The position numbers and the translations under genes were made by a program. A DNA stretch of 64,000 bases from Bugula neritina (Eukaryota; Animalia; Bryozoa), in contig OZ037765.1 in assembly GCA_964035545.1 (NCBI GenBank), positions 12,720,698 to 12,784,697 of the forward strand. Direction: 5' to 3'. The notes under the pieces are model-generated. The model made no database searches. It was not told the origin of the DNA and saw only the letters and a list, made by a program, of their open reading frames with translations. Shown here in pieces: positions 1 through 14,269 of this stretch (position 1 is its first letter; the number at the start of each line of letters is the position of its first letter).

Positions 1-1789
1 AACCTAAAAAGCTTTCAGGCACTTGCCTCCCTGCGACAGCTTTTGCCTGCTGCCTGCTTCTGCAGGTGAGTCAGCTCAGCAATGAGAGCTGACAGCAGCG
101 TATGACTTGAAGACTTGCAACACAAACTAGCAGCTTCCATGTTCTACAGGCACTGACTATCTCGCCTATGCCCACCCAAATGGCTGGCTCTAACATTCCA
201 TACCGCAAGCAGCACACATCTGATAGAAAGAGTAGGTAGGTAGACACATAAGACTGAGCTTAACGAGATATCATAAAGAGATAAGACTCCATGAGAAATT
301 GGAACGTGAAATATTTTGGCAAAGTAATAAAAGGTCTAGAGGTGAAATGCTAAAGGCTGACACGAGGGGAAGGAAGGTATTCCGTTATGATTTATGGTGC
401 TGCCTACAAACAAGCTTCTGATAATGTGCCCAGCCTTATGTACAGCTGACCTACTAAACCCATTCTATCACATTTCACTCTGGAGTTTCCACTCTACAAT
501 TCAGTGACTGACTAACTGATAAGATATTTGGTGGGACTCTGAAACTCTGACAGATGAATGATTGAGTTTTAAATAAGATTAAAACTTGACGCATAGGCTG
601 TTGGCCAGTAAGGATCATGAAGCAATACAGCAGCTAGGACTAGATGCAAGTACAAGTAATATCGAAGGTATACAACCGTCTACTATAAACTGTTTAGTTT
701 ACAGTATAAACAGTTTTCCCTCACTGGGATGCCTTTACTGTTATGATAAATGTGTTAGGTTGCTGTTATGACTGTGAGTGTAAGTCAGCACACTAACTGA
801 ACATCATATTCCTAGAAGACATGGGAGAGATACTGTGAATGTGAAATATGTGGAGGGCCATTTTAGATGTTAAGTACAAGGTGCCATGAAGGGTATATAT
901 CCATGTGTATCCACAGGTTTTCAGCATCGTATAGGTTAGCAGGGCTTCTAGAAGCGATGATATAAATCACCAGGCCAGGAGACATTATGTCTACATCTCA
1001 AGTATCACTTCTCTCAATTGAATGATGAAATGGGCTGAAACGCAGGGCAAGGAAAAGTAATAAAAAGTTATATTTTTAATCTATTCCTAGATTAGAGTTA
1101 GTAGTATTAGGGTATGCTAGGAAAACTGGAGCCAAATATATAATTATGTATTTCCTAGAACAAGCAGGTGTAAGTTGAGGCCAATAGTAGTGTACAACAT
1201 GCAATGTGCTTCAGGAGTATGGAAAGACAGGCAGTGAGGAGAGGGTGGGTGAGGGCAGCATTTAACATACAAGGCAGCAAATACCCCTATCAGTGACTGA
1301 CTGGTGACAGAGGATGACATAACACAGACTCTGTGCAGAAAGCTGCTTGTAGACACTCACACAAAGAGCAACTAAGACAGCATGCCAACTTAATACTCTT
1401 TGGCTATCATCAGCTACATGCTCATGCTGCCATAGAACTATCAGGGGAAGCTGAGGAACTAGCCATCACAATCCACGCAGTAATAACTATAGGACCGACA
1501 GACATACAGACAGCAAATAAACTAACAAACACAAGAGCGATGCATCAACTTTACCAACACTCACTTGAGCACCTGGCGTTGGAACTGTTTCCTACATGGA
1601 GATAATCCAGTGGTGTATATTTTACAAACAATGTTTTATCAAATAGTGTTGGAATATTTTCATATAAATATTACAAATGTGAGTGGACACCAGATGCAGC
1701 ATGGTGATAGAAAATTTGTAGCTATTGCTCCAGGACAACATTTAGACACAAAAAGTCTCGATCCCTACAAGAATACTTTGTGGTACGGG

Positions 1790-1905
1790 CTTTTCTAAGT
1801 GGGCTAAGGACTCTGTATTCAAGTTTCTGACATGCCCAGTGGCCCTGCTGAGGTTCGAACCCATGACCTAGTACCTACATAGTCAGTGCTTTCTATGTAG
1901 CGAAT
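1790..1905 (-). mobile_element. tRNA-derived SINE-like head (degenerate)
   Basis: The minus strand reads ...agaaagcactgactatgtaggtactaggtcatgGGTTCGAACCtcagcagggcc: a Pol III B-box in tRNA-like context with a degenerate A-box and no intact cloverleaf. Confidence 0.45.
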
Positions 1906-2475
1906 ACATAGCCTAAGGCCTAAGCTAAATAAGTTTCTCTTAAGTCTCTTGCACTACTCAAACCCTGAACTGTCAACAGCGCAGGTTATCTATGCACAAC
2001 AATCAGGATATGATAATTTAGTAGGTAAACCTGCAGGAAATAGGAGTTTTCTTTACTGCTGAATTAACCAATAGTGACACAAACTACTGGTACCATGGCT
2101 ATTCTGTGTAGTTGAATGCAAGCATTAAAAATTTCTGTGGAATGCCATGCTATTCTGATCTCTTGCTACTTCAACTCAACTGTTGATTGGACCATCTAAA
2201 CTGTTTAGTAGACTTTCATGTTCAAATCTCAAGAAATCAGGTAGTTAACAAGGAAGGGAGAATTTATACCAACATAAGCATAATAGTACTTTGCTGCAGG
2301 TAAATCTGTAATCTTGTAACTCGTGTGTGTTTCTTCATAAGCTAGTTATTGAGTATAAAATTATACTGCACGCTGCATTTAAAGTACATGACTGTTATAC
2401 ATATACACAGAGTGAGAACGGCAAACATGCAGTCTAGATGTAAGCTAAAACAAACACAATCAAGTGATATCATAC

Positions 2476-2624
2476 TTGGGTTTCTATAATTTCCTCTAAT
2501 TCCTCACGAAAGGCCTCGCTATTCAGTATCTCAGAGACTCTCTTTCTAGCATCCATAGCCCTCATGTCTTCCCGCACCTCAACTGATTTCATCAGCTCTC
2601 GCTCTCTAATCGGGTCATCTGGGT
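2476..2624 (-). CDS. add1: Adducin (alpha-adducin/Hts-like), N-terminal coding exon; the gene continues beyond the left edge of the window
   Basis: Acceptor tttttttcctgtag|AC at 2624 and donor CAA|gtatg at 2476. The 149-nt exon reads (D)PDDPIRERELMKSVEVREDMRAMDARKRVSEILNSEAFREELEEIIETQ, matching the conserved adducin N-terminal motif (D...M..RKRV..IL.S.AF.EELE). Confidence 0.85.
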
Positions 2625-3933
2625 CTACAGGAAAAAAAGTATACTTGCACAAACATAGCTGTAGACAGATCAGTCATTTCTATTAGTTTAGTCACTCTCA
2701 TGCTAGCCTAGTTGCACCACAGTTTAGGAATCTATTAGAGAATAACAGCAGCATTGAGGTGCTTTTTGTCCAACTGAATACTCCGCTACATGCACCCAAC
2801 AGATTTGGACAGGATACTTGCTGACTATGTCCATCATACACGCTGCTGCCTGTGGCATCCGGACTGTTATTTGCATTGTTCTAGTTACTAATAGAATGAC
2901 TAAAAGTGTGCATTAACAAGTCAGCTGAGAAGAGTAGCTTTTATGAAACACATTTTTACGCACACCTGTACAAAAATGGAGGTAAATTGAAATTAACATA
3001 ATAAGCTGCATCAGCTGAATGATATTAATTTTGGTGAGATCACAGTAATAGATCTACTCCATACTACACTAACTACACTCCATATCAGCAATGGAAACAA
3101 TCTACAAAACTTTAAAAGTCTAAATAGAAGTAATTAAATATGAGAGGATTGGGACAGTTATAATGGCTACAAGTAGGGCGATAGCAGTTTTCCTACAGTA
3201 TTAAGGGGGGGGGGGGGCAGCATCGGACCAATCACTCTTTTAAATTCATCTGTATACGTTGTGCAGATTAACTAGCTTAGTTGCCTAACTAAAGCTCTTT
3301 ATCTACAACTCTGAGCTTCAAAATCAATATAATGGCAGTTAGATGCTGTAAGCAACACTAGCAAGCATTACGATGCCAACATACTAACAGTAAGTTATGA
3401 GCAATACCAATGCAATTATTCTATTATTACAATGCATATCATTGTGAGCTTATGAATGATGGGAGGTTATTGAGTGACAGCACCGTAAATAAATCTCTAG
3501 CTGCCACTAGCTAGATAATACGCGAAGGTTTAGTAGCAGCCCCAATCGAACTTTGACCTTTATATAAGACTGCCAGTAGTTGTGAAGGAGATATCGGAGT
3601 TGGGAGACAATGCTAACACACTCCTCCCAAAAGGCTGGTCACTGCATTACATGCCAAGTATGTGTATCAAAACATTTCAAAAGTAATTTGCCACTTCATG
3701 TCATTACAGGGAAGAGTTTATTTTACTAGATAAATCTGGGGATGTCAAGTGCCAGAGAACAGACCGAATTCTTCGAGATAACATTCGGTCTAGCAGTCAA
3801 GTCAAGAGTATTATGTAGAGAGTGTGATAATGTTGGCCTAATCAAACACAACTAGTCGGTGTGAGAAGGAGTTAATACGATAGTGTGCCCCTTTAAGGAC
3901 TTGTATATCTAAATACTTTGCTCTGAGTATAAC

Positions 3934-4102
3934 CTGGCTTACACTGGCATTCCTCTACTGTACCAGCTAGTGAGTCATGTTCCAACTTACCAAATTCCTC
4001 TGCATCAGGCACTATGCTACTACCTAAGTCGCTATTTTCTATTAATATTGCAGAACGTGGCACTTCTCCATCTATCTGAATACAGACAAGCTCTTCCTCC
4101 AT
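3934..4102 (-). CDS. Possible first coding exon of the adducin gene (MEEELVCIQ...ECQCKP)
   Basis: ATG-initiated ORF 3893-4102. A phase-1 donor (CCA G|gttata at 3934) is compatible with the phase-1 acceptor at 2624 (G|AC = Asp). The donor is weak and no homology was recognised. Confidence 0.35.
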
Positions 4103-7100
4103 AGTTGGTGTATATGACGTTAAGTTGATTACTCAGTAAACAGTAATAATTCAACTGAAAATAAGACTCCTCTAGCAGGGAGCTTGCTAGTCACTCAACA
4201 ATGCATTTATTAATATTGTTTCAAGATATGAATTAAACAGTGAAAGTGAAGTTCTATTGGATGCTAAGCCTCAAGGGAAAGATTGAGATTTTTACAGTTA
4301 TCTTTATCTCAGCTGCTAGATGATTCAACAAATGGCACTATCAGCCCCCCCCCTCCACTGCATTTTTAACTTCAAAGAGAGTTTAGGGCTACAGAAAAAA
4401 CTATAGTCTTGGCCTTAAATACACTACAGCTAGAGGAAAACCTTGCGGGCTGTTTGCTAGCAAAGCATACCTCCATGTAAACGTAGCCCAGAATGCTACA
4501 ACAAGCTCTGCCAATGACCTAGTTTACAGTCTAGAGTAGCTAGTCTGTATACTCTAATCATTATATTATTATCAATATCTAGAGAGCGGCCTCCTGGGAT
4601 AGTAGGCATAATAACTGTAGTAACTACTAACTAGTACAGCATGACCTAAACTGCAGTTAGGTTTTTACTGCATAATAATGATTTAATACGTATGCATACG
4701 ACATAAAACTGTTCATGCACTACAGCAGCTGCTACCAGCTACCCTTTCAAGTCAGGTTGGTTGTCACATGGAAATGTTAGCAGGAATAATGATATTAATT
4801 GATGATTCATACAGTTGACTGCTAAAGCTTAGCATTGTGGTATGTTATTTATATCTGGTTAAAATCATCTCTGGGTAAGTCCTTCCACCCACGAGTTGAG
4901 GCCTAAACTCACCCACTCATTATCAAATGTATAATGTGACCGGCAGGTTAATATCAGTTCCCTGCTTCAACTGACTGAAACAGCTACATTTAGCAACAGA
5001 TTGATCAGCAGGGCAAGCATTGGTTAGATGTGGCAAATTTCTCAGGGTAGACTCTTGCCAAAGGAAACCATTAACAAATCGGAGTGGATTAAAAAACTCA
5101 AAGAGATCATTATGCATACATTGATAAGTATACATCTATACAAGGTGGCCAAGCTTCACATATACATGCTACTCACCGAAAGTTTTAGGATCTATAAATC
5201 TGGGTGGTCCTTCACCATTTACGTGACCGTTGGAAGCCATTATATTCCTTGTATAGTCAATAATTTGTTGTGCAAATAATGGAGTGGAGTCTGTTATTCA
5301 AGTTTACAAGTCACACCAGCTGCAACAAAGCACAATACATAGTGCAATCATATGATATTACTCTAAAGTCTAATAGAAGACCCTTATAATGAAAATACAA
5401 TTATTCCAGCTGGATATAAAGCTAATAAGCAGTGAGCATTTGTTGTGTCTACAGTAGCCATGATCTGTTATTAGGCATTTTCTGCCAGTAAAAATCTGCT
5501 AAGCAACATAATGCATATTAGAAAGGGCAACGATACAGTACAACCAGGTTTACAGTGACTGCCTTTCACTAGTAGCCAACAGTTACTGTTTGAAAGTTAA
5601 TAGAACAACAGTTAGTATCTAATCTACATTAATTGCTAATTACAGAAGAATGTACAGGTGATGGGGTTATTCAGAGCTGAACAGTTGTTTGTCTAAGACA
5701 AAATCAAAATAATTATGCCATGCAAATATCGACTTTGTATCCATCAGCTAATAGCAGTGACAAGGCAAAGCCACAACTATGTCTTTCTGCTTAGAGAAAC
5801 ATTAAGTTAACCTGGCCCAACACAAAAATTACCCACCTTTAATGTTTTCATGGCTTTAAATTCATTCAAAGTATTCTAAAAACATAACATAAGCTACAAG
5901 TCTTCAATTTGCAATTTTTGGGTTTCACAGGATTCAGAGACAAGTAATTGGAAGTGGACAAATTGTTCAAAATATATTGAGCATCCCATAAACTGGTTAA
6001 TGTAGTCAATTACAATAGCTGGATGCAGACTCATTTTAGAATAAATTACAACAAAATAATGACATGTATTGCAAGTTAGTCTCAAACTCTATTTTATGCA
6101 CTACAAGTCCCGGTTTAATGGCAATTCTAACAAAACTTCCTGAAAATAAAATTTTAAATAAATTGAAATAAAAACAATATAAATTTAAATAAACTTTACA
6201 AACTGAAAATAAATTTAAATAAACTGAAGACCTGAATAATTTAATATACATGACTGTTTTTTAAATTAAGAACACTTGTAGCTCAGGTAAAGATTGAGTG
6301 TAGGTGCATACATAGGAATACATGATTGAGTTTAGGAAAGGTTCATACAAAACACAAAACTTGACAGCCTGATAAAAAATAATTATCAATAGCAATTATA
6401 GTTTTAACATGAAAATAGAACTTAGTTACAGATAATACTAATAATCAATTGATTTACTCTAGTGGTAAGTCAAAAATAATAACAAATTTCAACAAAATAT
6501 TATAGTTAAAAAGTAAATCGACACTAACCCACTGATTTTTGAAAATAATCACAAAGACCTTTACAAATAGAGTCACATCAACAACTAGCAGGTAAAGTCA
6601 ATGTCACCCTCAGTCAACACAGAAGAGAATATTAACAAACACCTGTTTATTACCATCAATGCAGATGACACTATATAATATATGCAACTAGTTAGCTGAG
6701 GCATCGAGAAAGTACTAAACATAAAATTTGACACCATTTTATAAGTAATCAAAACTAAATTGATCGATAAAGCATTCATATTCATAATTGCTATCAGAAA
6801 ATTACGGCAGTAAATGACAATATCAACAATAAGATATACTAAAAGTTGTATGTCATTTGATACTAATGTTTTACATAGGTGTCATTTGGTTGACAAATAC
6901 TTGATTTTGCTATCTGTGATTTGCATAAGTGTAATCAAGTAAGCTTCAAGTAACAACACAAAAGAAAAGCAAAGTCAAAGTAACGATTTAATTTCAGTTT
7001 ATAGAATCAGTTGACTCATCTCCAACTCTGGTCTGTGATATTGACACAGAAGTCTCATGGCAACAGAACAATAAGCCTACAAGACTATAATGAAATACTA

Positions 7101-7159
7101 ACATGTTAATTTTACTAACATTTTATTTCATATAAGTATTACTAGAATTAAAGCATTCT

Positions 7160-7215
7160 TGAGTTACAGATTGAGTTACAGATTGAGTTACAGATTGAGT
7201 TGCAGTTAGAGTTAC
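7160..7215. repeat. 12-bp tandem repeat (GAGTTACAGATT) x ~4
   Basis: Read directly: gagttacagatt gagttacagatt gagttacagatt gagttgcagtta gagttac. Confidence 0.85.
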
Positions 7216-7479
7216 ATTTACTTATATTTACTCTCACAGACAGGGTCAGTCTCGTATCAAGGTGTTAGCATAAATGTCCATAAGATAAAGTTAGGCATGA
7301 GACTGCACATAATTATGAGTTCCAGGATGAGTATAGGTCAAACTCAATGTCAATTAAAAACAGCATTACTATTACCAAGGCAATGTTAACAAAACTCACT
7401 AAAAGTAAAAACCTAATTGTGCCTTTATGTGAATGTCATCATGATTGTGATCGATTGCCAATTTGAGTCTGTGATTTAT

Positions 7480-8580
7480 GTCTGGATTAATGTGATTATG
7501 ATCATCATTTGAAATATAATTCTATACTAATTGACATAGTGATACTGATGTTGGTAATAAGTCTAAGACTAATATGAATATCAAATTCAATATCACTTCA
7601 ATATGCCAAGTTTAAAAGTAAATATGCCATGAGTATAGTTATGGTAATAGTTATAGTAATCAGTGTTATTAACATTATTATTGTAAATATAAGTAATAGT
7701 TTAATAATCAGTTATACTTATAGTATTCAGTAGGAATATAAATATCAATATGAATATAAATATCAATATGAATATAAATACCACAATCATAATCATAATG
7801 AGTACGATTTACTTTAAGATTATCCTCAACCTTAAATTCAACTTCAAGAATAAGTGACTGTGACTACCAGTATGAATATGATTATGAATATGATTATCAG
7901 AAGCAGGACCATCATTATGATTATTATTATTATAATTTAATTATAATAATTAGAATCATCATCACTTGGACTTAATATTTAAAGCTAGTGTCAAAATAAA
8001 AAAGCTATTTGACATTTCTATGACCCTCAGTATGATATTGATACTGAGTATCACCATCAGATTACTATCAGTATCGCTATTATTAGTATTAGTATTGCAT
8101 TCACTATGAGAGTATGACTATGAGTATCAGTGAATCTATCACTATCAGTGTATTGCATAACTTCACTATAACTAATACTAATAGTAATAGTACTAATACT
8201 AATAGTAATAGTATTACTAATAGTAATACTATTACTATTAGTATTACTATTAGTAAATAGTATTATTATAAGTATTAGTATAAGTATAAGTTCGCCGTAT
8301 TACTATTAATTACGTTGTCGTTTACAGTATTACTATGTCTATAGTCATAGTGTTGGTATAACTTGTACTATAAGTATAAGTTACACTTACAGTACAAGTT
8401 AAACTTAAAGTTAATGTTATACACTCACACCGTTATACCTATAGAGTATAGTTATACTTATACTATAACTATAAGTTATATAAGTTAATGTTATAGTTAT
8501 AGTTATAGTAATACTAATACTAATAGTGTATAAGTATAACATTACTCATTACTGTAACTAATTTTAAAGTATTAGAAATA
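7480..8580. repeat. Degenerate 6-bp-periodic AT-rich tract (ANT-ATN/ANT-NAT)
   Basis: Examples: aat ata aat atc aat atg aat ata; act aat act aat agt aat agt; agt tat agt tat agt aat act. Confidence 0.8.
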
Positions 8581-10446
8581 GATAATCAATAAAACAGTTA
8601 ACTTGTTGCACGGTTTACTTTTTGCTACACACTTTAACAACCGCTTAAAGTTAAGACTATCTTTATAAGAATTTGAAAGGGTATGACCTTGCAGTTGCTC
8701 CACTTGCAGCAATTTCCTTCCTTTACCGCAAATTTGATCTGTGAGAAGAATTTACCATGCACTTGTCAAAACCCAAACTTAGCAAATTTTCAGACCTTTA
8801 AAACATCGAAAATATACCTCAACTTTCAACTTCGCCAAAATACTTTAACGAGCAGATAACTCTCAAGCTACAGAAATATCTGCTACTTGTTGAACCAAAG
8901 AGTAATTATAAAACTGCTCATACAGTCACTAATTAATACCTGTTCAGAATTATCTCCACTTCATCAAAAAATCATGAAACCATCACTCGTTAACATAACT
9001 TTATAATTATACAGTTTTATGCACTTTTATATGCATTATATGACTTGAAATGAGTAAATTGTAATATTAAGCAACATGTATAAATTATATTCACATTTGA
9101 ACCGGATTAAAATAATATTTTATTTGAAAGTACACAGTTTATTGTATAATCACATGCAAATAATGATTGATCAAAATTTATAAGAGTTAGATACAAGCAA
9201 CAAAATAGTGAAAATACATATTTTGCCTGTTCTCTACAGTGGTATTTTGATCATTCTTAGCATTAACATTACATGGCCGCCTAAATTCTAAAGTTACTGT
9301 CCTGCTGATCAATTCTTAATTAGAAAGAGGTTGGCTTGTAAGAATAGGATGAGAATTTAATTACTTTGCATGCTAAACTGATCACGCTGCTGCTTTAATA
9401 GTCTATGCATAAACTTTTTGTCTGATTAAATTTTTCCAAAGAATAAATGCATATAAACTGCTACAATTTTTTGCCACAATTTTCAAATACAGTTTATAAA
9501 AAAAAGTTTAACATTCATTTTACAGTAGTAATATAACTCTTCATTAATTTCATAACTTTAGTATTTGAATCAGAAACATTCCATTAGAGTTTAGACTGAT
9601 TTACATTAATATAACTTGAATTTCTATTATTAAAAGCAGATTATTTCAAATTACTGTTTCATAGCAGATACTCTATAAATTTCAAAGTTGCGATTATTTT
9701 TTATCTTTACGAAAAAAGGACTATATAGCAGGTTTAGTTCCCATGTGTAAGTACTGAAACTGGTATTACTTAGATAGCATTAATACACAATTAGTCTGCA
9801 TAACAGCTTCATATAAATATTATTGATGCAAACACTAGTACCATTACAAACAATAGTTCAATAATTTATGAGCATATAACATATATCTAGCAATAGAATA
9901 TAAAATGATATGCCAACTACATGTAACCGCAATAACTATAATAGCAAATGTGTGAGGTGCTACTGTATATCAACCAATGATTGCCCATAACTTTCATAAG
10001 ATCTCACTCAGAGCATCTCAAAAAAGTTAAAAACAGAAATACAATACAACAAGTATACAACTAAGAAAGAGAATACAATAAATCTGATGCAGTGTGCTGT
10101 GTAAGTTATATTATAACAAGCAGTTGACTAGTTTCAGAAGTTACAAAATCAGACAAATTGTGTTACATGTATATATGTATGTATAAAAAGCAGACAGCAC
10201 AAGGCATGAAACAGAAAGTTAAATACAAAATGTTGGGTTTAGGTGCTAAAAATAATAATAACAATTTAAGATAATTCTGTCGATAGTTCTAATGATATTG
10301 GTCCGTCTCCATAATATATTGCAGATCTGCACCTGCATCATAAAATTATAGCATTTATTAATAAATAACTACATGTTATACTGTTGCTAGAACTTTGAAA
10401 TATATTTAAAGTATATATACTATTATAACTCTCTTGTAATTGTTTT

Positions 10447-10450
<4 letters not shown>

Positions 10451-10528
<78 letters not shown>
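10451..10528. repeat. (TA)n microsatellite
   Basis: Pure TA run. Confidence 0.95.
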
Positions 10529-10533
<5 letters not shown>

Positions 10534-10724
10534 TACAAGTCAGGAAAAATGACATAAATTGCAATGTTTTTTCCGTTAATATATTATTCATTCATTCACA
10601 AAGTCTCACAAATATTAGTCAATACTATTGGTTTCGAAAAAAAACTTTTTGAAAATGGTTTAATTAAATGTTAGAAACATTGCTATACAAACCCATCAAA
10701 AAGAATAAGTTGTATACTATCTAT

Positions 10725-12271
10725 TCACAGAGCTGGAGCCTTGTAAACATAGCCTGTCCGAAAACCCTAAAAGTACAGAAATGCATAGTTGTACATGCAT
10801 AGAATAGGCGGTACCACTGATTGTTACTACATTGGCCTATTATCATAATCATAACTATAATGTGTAGCTCTTATGGAACTATGAAGTCAGAGTACTATTA
10901 TCAGCAAAAAAATTACATTTATAATTTTGAAATGCAAATCATCAAGGCGTAGATGCATATTGAAATATATACCACCTTAACTCACACCAGTTTCATAGAC
11001 TCAAAATCATACATTACTATAGACTTGGTAACTATAAGCTGGTAACAACTGAAATTTCTATTACAAACACAAATGTATTGCTTTCAAATTGAATTAAATA
11101 TAATTCAATGCTTTAAAATTACGATGTTCGTGTTTCAAACTAATATTTTTTTTAAATTACAAAAAGCTATAAAATATTGCCATGTGCCTTTGTCAACGAA
11201 GGTTTGGAAAGCATTGTTAAAGCACCAGCCAAAGTTTATATATTTAATCAAGCTCTATGTAGTGTGCTTTGAAAGAATTATTTATTGTTGTAAAATTATT
11301 TCAAAATTGTTACGCCTGGTTAGCAAAGAATAAACATAAAGTACAATACAACAATAATGAAAGTAAACTACGCCACTCACTGTTCCTTATAATATAACTT
11401 TCACTGCAAGCTCCTAGTCATAAAAAGATCTGAGTCATGGTTATAGCTACCTTATTATCCAACACGCGCATTTCAGCTTCAAACTCCAAGGCACCAGGTT
11501 CCCACATTACTTCAGAGCCATGGTTAGCAGCGTCAGCATGCATGTGGTCTTTCACCAGAGCTATGGCCTCCTCACTGATATACGTGAGGTTATCCAGTCC
11601 TGCCTTCATCATTTGTAGCTGTGACATAAAAATAGGGTTTTTGAGTTAGACCCAAAACGTTCACACAAATATGTGATATTGTTTAGTAGCTAATATCGTA
11701 ACATAAAGTATGCTAAATCTAACAATAATATGTAGCAACAGAAAAAAAATATGCAATATGACTTTTAAAACAATGTTGATTTTTTTTTCATATATAGTTC
11801 ATTATAACAGACTAGAAAAACTGGGCAAGTCACAACCTGAAAGCTCAACGTTGAGCAAAATTTATCAAAGCTACAAAAAGGAGAAAAGAAATCAGCATAA
11901 GGATTATTATCTAAACAACCCTACACCAGACTGTAGAATGATGACGGCTAAGTTTAAGAGCAGACTTTCAAACTAACCTGCTGTTGGCAACCTCGAAAAG
12001 CCATTTCAGCGAAACGCCAAGCAGTTTCTAGAGTAGGTCCACAGGCATATAGCCCATGATTCCTGACGAAAATGATATCACAGTTATCACTGATGCTATT
12101 TATTATAGCATCTTTGGTATCACTGTTGATGTATGCTGCCTCACATTCTAAGTAGCACGGTACACCACCCATCAGGGCATCTTGTGTCAGCTGTATAAAG
12201 CCTTTCTTCAAAACACTGACCTGTGAACATGAAACTTGAAAACAACACAGCTCAAGTACAATTATATATAT

Positions 12272-12343
<72 letters not shown>

Positions 12344-14269
12344 ATATATTATATACATATATGTATATCCACAACTCCTCTCATATACCGTAATGCTGCA
12401 TTACAAATTAAACCATAATTTCTAAGACTAGCTTGAAATCAAATGAGGACAGAATAGTAAATAGTTGTCAACTAGCAAAGATGGACAAAATTAAATGAAA
12501 GATGCTTCACTTACTGCGACTGTCTCTGCTGTTTGAATGTGAATCACACAGTTGATATCCGGCCTGGCTGAATAAATGGCCGAGTGGAGAGAAAAGCCAG
12601 CTTGGTTGACACCCAGCACTGTATTTCCTCTGTCTAAAATTCTCCCCTCCAAGTCAACTTTGATTAGATTTCCAGCTGTTACTTCTTTATACAGCAAACC
12701 ATATGGATTTACCAGAAAACTCTGCATTGAGTCTTCCGATAGCCTAGCCTAAAAAGGGTAAACAATTTAATGTGTTTTAGAAATTTTCAACACAACAATT
12801 ACCACAACAACAAAAATCAAGAAAGCATTATAAAAATAATCTGAACACATTGACAGTGCCAGAGACTCTAAATTCATTATATATTAAAACTAATTCCCAA
12901 AACTAATGAGAATCTCATATCACAGTGAGAAAAAATAATCTAACAAAGTATTACAGGTAATCGCAAGCTAAATTCCATCCTCTTTTTACTTATACACTAA
13001 TAAGTTATTATGTCGGTCCGCAAATTTTAAGAACGTAATTCATAAATGTAATCTATCAAAGAAGCTTAAAAATATGCGTTACCTTGTCAAGGCAGAGAAT
13101 CAAATCAAAATCCTCTGATATAAGATTTGTTGAGCCAAGAAGTTACAGTTTACAAAATTGTTTTGATCACATTGAAAACTAAATGCAGTGAACATGCCAT
13201 CTCAACACATCTTTGTTCTTATTTTAACAAGAAGCCATTGCAAGCTAGGAAGTTACTAAAGATTACAACTCACTGTAATGTGGTTTTTGATGGTAGAATT
13301 CCAGCCTCGCAAGTTCACCAGTCTATATAAAGATGCTAGTTTACAGCGCATCAGTCGCTCCCCTTTGGAATATTTAGATGAATCCACACCCCTCATGTCT
13401 GCTATAGGTATGATTGGAGCAGAGTCTAAAATATGCAAAAGCATAGTGTCTGTTAACATCCATTTAAGTAAAGCACGATTAAAAACTGTCTGTTTTTAAA
13501 ACAAAATTTAAACAACTATTCACACAATGGCAAGCAAACTCAATAACTTTGTTCTGAGTATAACTCAGAGTGAGAAATACCAGCTTACTAAAATTTTATA
13601 CATTTTTCTTTGCATGTTAACTTAATTAAGTTGCTTAATAAATGTAAATATTTAACAACTTTAGCCCACTATGCATTAAATACAATTTTAATTCTGTAAT
13701 AATGAAAAAAATCAAATAACATCTTACTTATTTCACCGGGTATGCGGGCAAGAGATGATTGTCCACCGAAAAACTGCTGCTTTACTGCCACTAAGCAAGA
13801 AGGATGGGGGCCTGCTTTCATCTAAAATTACCAAATCTAGATATAATAGTATATGTTCCCATACTGGTCATTGGAAAAATAACCATTGAGTGGTAATTTA
13901 GTGTAGTGCCATAGGCCCATTAATTCAAACCCTAAATAAATTGAATCACTATTAAACATATAATAAAGTAAACCTGTAGCTCTATATAGTCCATTAACTC
14001 TTCTCTCAATTGCTGATTGTTGAGAATTGCAGCCACTTTCCATCTGGTGCTATTTGATTGGTTGTCTCCAGAAGATACTAGCGATTGTTCCATTTCAGGT
14101 ATTTCTTGGTCATCTTCGTCTGTAAATGAATTCAATACATCATGTCATCAACACCAAAGTTTATTAACAATATTTGGGATATACTTCTACTAACTTAAAA
14201 ATTTATACTGGTAAAACTTTGCCCACCGTAAATTTGCTTATTTACAGAATCTTCTTTCTCGCCAGGCAT
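10725..14269 (-). CDS. Adducin-like paralog (class II aldolase/adducin head domain only, about 373 aa, no neck/MARCKS tail)
   Basis: Exons 14269-14227, 14119-13974, 13821-13728, 13425-13274, 12748-12515, 12220-11978, 11618-11451 and 10766-10725 (TGA); all GT-AG, phase-consistent, 1122 nt. Adducin motifs: KVAAILNNQQLREEL, MKAGPHPS, IPIADMRG..YSKGERLMRCKLASLYRLV..GW....NHIT, FLVNPYGLLYKEVTAGNLIKVD, GVNQAGFSLHSAIYSARPDINCVIHI, RNHG, GLDNL, WEPGALEFEAEMRVLDN-GFRTGY. A possible alternative last exon lies at 10332-10266. Confidence 0.9.
12263..12357. repeat. (TA)n microsatellite in an adducin-like intron
   Basis: TA run interrupted twice by cc. Confidence 0.95.

Noticed and set aside
1-2400. Short ORFs (586-771, 1144-1356, 1333-1605, 1565-1798) as genes or further adducin exons
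   Set aside because: No adducin motifs (the expected GP.P...AL.Q exon was not found) and no recognisable domains; treated as intron.
10725-10727. Selenocysteine or readthrough at the adducin-like TGA
   Set aside because: No recognisable SECIS and no adducin similarity downstream; a normal stop or the overlapping donor explains it.
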